A stretch of DNA of 64,000 bases from the human T2T-CHM13v2.0 reference genome, Homo sapiens, in assembly GCF_009914755.1 (NCBI RefSeq), contig NC_060940.1, one strand, 5' to 3'. Shown one piece after another: positions 55,175 through 64,000 of this stretch (positions are counted from its first letter, which is position 1; each line of letters opens with the position of its first letter). The notes beneath the pieces were generated by a model. It made no database searches. It was not told where the DNA came from and saw nothing but the letters and a program-made list of their open reading frames with translations. A program made the position numbers and the translations under genes.

Positions 55175-56008
55175 GGTTCCTCAAGCTGCTCCCCTGGGTG
55201 CTTCCAGGGTTCCTCAAGCTGCTCCCCTGGGTGCTTCCAGGGTTCCTCAAGCTGCTCCCCTGGGTGCTTCCAGGGTTCCTCAAGCTGCTCCCCTGGGTGC
55301 TTCCAGGGTTCCTCAAGCTGCTCCCCTGGGTGCTTCCAGGGTTCCTCAAGCTGCTCCCCTGGGTGCTTCTAGGGTTCCTCAAGCTGCTCCCCTGGGTGCT
55401 TCCAGGGTTCCTCAAGCTGCTCCCCTGGGTGCTTCCAGGGTTCCTCAAGCTGCTCCCCTGGGTGTTTCTAGGGTTCCTCAAGCTGCTCCCCTGGGTGCTT
55501 CTAGGGTTCCTCAAGCTGCTCCCCTGGGTGTTTCTAGGGTTCCTCAAGCTGCTCCCCTGGGTGCTGTTAGGGTTCCTCAAGCTGCTCCCCTGAGTGTTTC
55601 TAGGGTTCCTCAAGCTGCTCCCCTGGGTGCTTCTAGGGTTCCTCAAGCTGCTCCCCTGGGTGCTGTTAGGGTTCCTCAAGCTGCTCCCCTGGGTGCTTCT
55701 AGCGTTCCTCAAGCTGCTCCCCTGGGTGCTTCTAGGGTTCCTCAAGCTGCTCCCCTGGGTGCTTCTAGGGTTCCTCAAGCTGCTCCCCTGGGTGCTGTTA
55801 GGGTTCCTCAAGCTGCTCCCCTGGGTGCTTCTAGCATTCCTCAAGCTGCTTCCCTGGGTGCTTCTAGGGTTCCTCAAGCTGCTCCCCTGGGTGCTGTTAG
55901 GCTTCCTCAAGCTGCTCCCCTGGGTGCTTCTAGCGTTCCTCAAGCTGCTTCCCTGGGTGCTTCTAGGGTTCCTCAAGCTGCTCCCATGGGTGCTGTTAGG
56001 GTTCCTCA
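55175..56008. repeat. VNTR, 33-bp unit x25 (ggttcctcaagctgctcccctgggtgcttccag)
   Basis: Direct periodicity; 11-aa periodic ORFs. Confidence 0.97.
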
Positions 56009-56149
56009 TGCTATCTCCCCTTAAGTGCTGTGGCAGCAGTGCAGAGCCCACATAGCTATATAAGCTACTCAGTAAGAAAAACCACACAGGAGCTACACGC
56101 ACCACATCATGGACAAACCTCAAAACACACCAGGTGGGGATGTCACTGA

Positions 56150-58475
<2,326 letters not shown>

Positions 58476-58803
58476 TATACAGGTATAAACATCACTGAAG
58501 AAATCCAGGTACATGTGAAACACACAAGTGTGGAGCTGAATGGAGCCACGCGAACCAATACACAATCGTCAGATTCAGACCCAGACCCCAGCTGAGACGG
58601 CACCTCGCAATGACTTGCTCCCAAAGAAAGATGTTCTGGCCAGAGCCCTGGAGACCCCACACCTGGGGACTGGAGACCGCAGCCATCCACCTGCAACTCT
58701 GTTCTCAGACACCTCTGCTGTGCGGTGGCCCCAGGAAAGCAGTGACACAAAAAGAAAAAAAAAAGCTTTCTGAAACGGTGCTTTAGAGGTTTAACCAAAA
58801 TAA

Positions 58804-59173
<370 letters not shown>

Positions 59174-59420
59174 ACGTAATTTCATTTCTTAGGAATAACA
59201 TTTTACATTAAAGAAAATACTTTGCCACGCTTTCACTCATGATTTTGCAGTTCCACTGGAAGGCTGAACATCACTCTGGCAAGTTCAGACATGTTCCATT
59301 AATCATCTCCAAGGCTGCTTGCTACAAAGAAGCTGTTTCATTCAACAGCATCTCCTTAAACAAAATCCAAGCCTGCTTTGCCTTTGGTAACCAAAACTTG
59401 ATTTAACCTCCCAAAGAGGG

Positions 59421-60325
59421 AGCCAGCCTGCTGCTGGCCACTGCGTGCCCTAGGCCTCAGCTTCCTGCTGCTGACTGGCTGCCTGCATCTCCTCTGCGGC
59501 CCCGGCCTCATGAAGCTGCCCACTGGTCCTGTGGTTCCTCAGGGGTCCTGGCACTGGCAAGGGGACGCAGCAAACCCACACCGTCGTGACCCTGGTCACA
59601 TACACCTGTCTTCAGGAAAACTTCTCTGTGATGAAAGAACCCAGATTCACAGTGGTGAACTCTTCAAAAACTATACTAAACAAGGGAAGACTGTGCTAGA
59701 TGAAATAACCATACATGCATTTATTCACATGGGAAATGGATCAGACAATGGCTGCCAATGCTAAGAATAAATTCTTGATGAGTTTCTAAGAAATCAAGAC
59801 AACCTTCAAGGTTGGGCCAAGAGCATGGATGGGAAAGGCAGATGTGCATCTGGTTCTGTTTTCTGACCATAATAATGAGATCTACATGAAAGGATGTCTT
59901 GAGAGGAGGGAACAGTGGTAAGAGTGAAGCCAGCAGAGAGAGCTTGGAAAAGAGAATTCAGACCCATCTTCAAGTTAACAAAAACAATTACTGACTCATA
60001 CGAAGAAATCGGGAAAGTCAATAAAACGGATGCTTCTAAACCTGTTGATGAAGTTTTTCTGAAGTTGTGAAAATTTCCAACAAAAAAGACTAACTCTAAG
60101 CCTGAAAGTATCCTTTCCTTTCTTTTTGAGCCACGACACCCGGCCTCTTACAAGTTTTTTATTTCCAACCTTAAGTGAATTTGTGGACCAAATTTCAAAA
60201 CAACTTTTTGTGAATTCAGTTCCTGCATAATATGTTTGGTAAACAACTAAAAAACTGATTCCTAGTACTGTTTCAGTATTTATCAAACAACTGATCGTGT
60301 TCTATAAAAAGGTTTAAAAAAATAA
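59421..60325 (+). pseudogene. Processed pseudogene of CMPK1 (UMP-CMP kinase); possibly CMPK1P2 (symbol unverified)
   Basis: Intronless and frameshifted: LGLSFLL..LLCGPGLMK, GPGTGKGTQ (P-loop), GHIHLSSGKLLCDER, GELFKNYTKQGKTVLDEITI, EMDQTMAANAKNKFL, RNQDNLQGWAKSMDG, RESLEKRIQTHLQ, YEEIGKVNKTDASKPVDEVF, stop at 60091-60093; collinear with CMPK1 protein. Confidence 0.93.
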
Positions 60326-60329
60326 AATT

Positions 60330-61405
<1,076 letters not shown>

Positions 61406-61499
61406 TTGAATTTGACCTGCAGGGGGTAGTCACAATTGAGGAATCTGAGCTGTGGGGCAAACTGTTCAAATGAAGATTCTGACCCACAGGAACAAACTG

Positions 61500-62080
61500 A
61501 TCCAAAAGGGAAATATGCCAGTCACGAAAGGACAAATATTGTATGACCCCCCACCCCTTACAGGAGAGGTGCCTTGGACAGTGACATTCATAAGAGAAGA
61601 AAGGACAAATATCGTATGACCCCCCCCCCCAACAGGAGACGCACCTTGAGTGGTGACATTCATAACAGAAGAAAGGACAAATATCGTATGACCACCCCCC
61701 CGCAGGAGACGCACCTTGAGTGGTGACATTCATAAGAGAAGAAAGGACAAATATCGTATGACCCCCTCCCATAGGAGACGCACCTTGAGTGGTGACATTC
61801 ATAAGAGAAGAAAGGACAAATATCGTATGACCCCCCCCCCCCCCTTATAGGAGAGGTGCCTTGAGTGGTGACATTCATAAGAGAAAGCAGATTGGTGGTC
61901 AGGGGTTATGGGGAGAGTCGAGGTTATGGGGAGAGGGATGAAGAGTTAGTGTTAATGGGTAGCCGGTGTCGTCTGGGAAGACCAAGTTCTGGAGAGGGAT
62001 GGTGGTGATGGCTTTGCACCGTGTGAATCTAATACCAGAGAACTGCACACTCAAAAATGGTACAAATGGTCAATTTTATA
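61500..62080 (+). mobile_element. L1MB-like 3' end
   Basis: gccagtcacgaaaggacaaatattgtatga...gttctggagagggatggtggtgatgg...gaactgcacactcaaaaatggt. Confidence 0.8.
61526..61884. repeat. Tandem repeat, ~70-73 bp x5, inside the L1 fragment
   Basis: aaggacaaatat recurs near 61528, 61601, 61673, 61743 and 61812; variable C-run. Confidence 0.9.
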
Positions 62081-62082
62081 CT

Positions 62083-62288
62083 GCTGGGCTCAGGGAATCC
62101 TTCCCCTCAGCCTCCTGAGGAGCTGGGACCACAGGCACCTGCCACCACGCCTGGCTAACTTTTGTATTTTTTGTAGAAACAGGGTATCTTCATTTGCCCA
62201 GGCTGGTCTCAAACGCCTGTGCTCACGTTATCTGCTTCCCTCGGCCTCCGAAAGTGCTGAGACTACAGGCGTGAGCCACCACACCCCA
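62083..62288 (-). mobile_element. Partial AluJ
   Basis: Alu motifs. Confidence 0.82.
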
Positions 62289-62669
62289 CTTAATAATTCC
62301 ATTTTAATACCGATTTACTAAACAAGGAAAAGCTCATAGAATTACTAACTATGCCATCTTATTTAGGCTACCTAAATTCTCTGAACTTCATCTTCTAAAT
62401 AAATAAGAAGAAATGTATCTTTTAACACTAATAACTATGGTCATTCCCATTAAAACATTAAGTTTTGAAAACTAGGGTTCTCATTTAAGCCTGTCTCACA
62501 GCAGCTCAGCTCTCAGAATGTTCAGAAGACTCTGACACTGCCCTCTCCCCTCCTCTGGCACTCATTTTGGAAACCTGCAGAGCATCTATTGAAAAAGCCC
62601 ATCCCAGCATCTTCTTAATCACTGGTATACTTCCGTCTGTCACGAGCTTCATTTAAAAAAAGCGTCACG

Positions 62670-64000
62670 CTCCCTCTCCCTCCCCCTCTCCCTCTCCCCC
62701 TCTCCCTCTCCCTCTCTCCCTCTCCCTCTCCCCATGGTCTCCCTCTCCCTCTCTTTCCACGGTCTCCCTCTCATGCTGAGTCGAAGCTGGACTGTACTGC
62801 TGCCATCTCGGCTCACTGCAACCCCCCTGCCTGATTCTCCTGACTCAGCCTGCCGAGTGCCTGCGATTGCAGGCTCACGCCGCCACGCCTGACTGGTTTT
62901 GGTGGAGACGGGGTTTCGCTGTGTTGGCCAGGCCGGTCTCCAGCCCCTAACCGCAAGTGATCCGCCAGCCTCGGCCTCCCGAGGTGCCGGGATTGCAGAC
63001 GGAGTCTCGTTCACTCAGTGCTCAATGGTGCCCAGGCTGGAGTGCAGTGGCATGATCTCGGCTCGCTACAACCTCCACCTCCCAGCCGCCTGCCTTGGCC
63101 TCCCAAACTGCCGAGACTGCAACCTCTGCCCGGCCGCCACCCCGTCTGGGAAGTGAGGAGCGTCTCTGCCTGGCCGCCCATCATCTGGGATGTGAGGAGC
63201 CCCTCTGCCTGGCTGCCCAGTCTGGAAAGTGAGGAGCGTCTCCGCCCAGCCGCCATCCCACTTAGGAAGTGAGGAGCACCTCTTCCCGGCCGCCATCACA
63301 TCTAGGAAGTGAGGAGCGTCTCTGCCCGGCCGCCCATCGTCTGAGATGTGGGGAGCGCCTCTGCCCCGCCGCCCCGTCTGGGATGTGAGGAGCACCTCTG
63401 CCCGGCCACCCCGTCTGACAAGTGAGAAGACCCTCTGCCCGGCAACCACCCCGTCTGAGAAGTGAGGAGCCCCTCCGCCCGGCAGCCACCCCGTCTGGGA
63501 AGTGAGGAGCGTCTCCGCCCAGCAGCCGCCCCATCCGGGAGGGAGGTGAGGGGGTCAGCCCCCCGCCCAGCTGCCCCGTCCGGGAGGGAGGTGGAGGTGG
63601 GGGGGGTCAGCCCCCCCGCCAGGCCAGCCGCCCCGTCCGGGAGGGAGGTGGGGGGGTCAGCCCCCCGCCAGGCCAGCCGCCCCATCCGGGAGGGAGGTGG
63701 GGGGGTCAGCCCCCCCGCCCGGCCAGCCGCCCCGCCCGGGAGGTGAGGGGCGCCTCTGCCCGGCCGCCCCTACTGGGAAGTGAGGAGCCCCTCTGCCCGG
63801 CCACCACCCCGTCTGGGAGGTGTGCCCAACAGCTCATTGAGAACGGGCCATGATGACAGTGGCGGTTTTGTGGAATAGAAAGCGGGGAAAGGTGGGGAAA
63901 AGATTGAGAAATCGGATGGTTGCCGTGTCTGTGTAGAAAGAAGTAGACATGGGAGACTTTTCATTTTGTTCTGTACTAAGAAAACTTCTGCCTTGGGATC
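62670..64000 (+). mobile_element. SVA retrotransposon (C/D-like), 5'-complete, continues past the window end
   Basis: (CCCTCT)n head 62670-62733, antisense Alu-like domain, GC-rich VNTR (gtgaggagcgtctctgcccggccgcc), SINE-R start (gtggcggttttgtggaatagaaag...); preceded by an L1-endonuclease-type site ttt/aaaaaaa. Confidence 0.96.

Noticed and set aside
59510-59764. 84-aa ORF as a functional kinase
   Set aside because: The P-loop is out of frame and multiple frameshifts follow, so it is a pseudogene
62649-63964. Cluster of overlapping GC-rich ORFs
   Set aside because: All lie within the non-coding SVA

Overview
This window is human (hominid) genomic DNA, not prokaryotic. I recognise it as 64 kb of the large 5' introns of ANKRD11 (16q24.3), transcribed on the minus strand. 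The anchor is the 85-nt non-coding exon 2 at 18837-18921, with an alternative 71-nt 5'UTR exon at 31857-31927. No intact protein-coding exon is present, and every long ORF in the track comes from a VNTR, Alu or SVA. The window holds five large GC-rich minisatellites (38, 61, 75, 42 and 33 bp units), more than 50 Alu elements or fragments (one AluYa-lineage), solo LTR12 and LTR15-like LTRs with 4-bp target-site duplications (TSDs), an MLT1 LTR, old L1/MIR/DNA-transposon fragments, a U6 retrocopy, a processed CMPK1 pseudogene and an SVA cut by the window end. The most interesting inference is that the two UTR exons could form a 156-nt circRNA carrying a 48-codon junction-spanning ORF, one TGA-C stop short of endless rolling-circle translation. 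Gene identity and repeat subfamily names come from memory, not database searches, and repeat boundaries are approximate.
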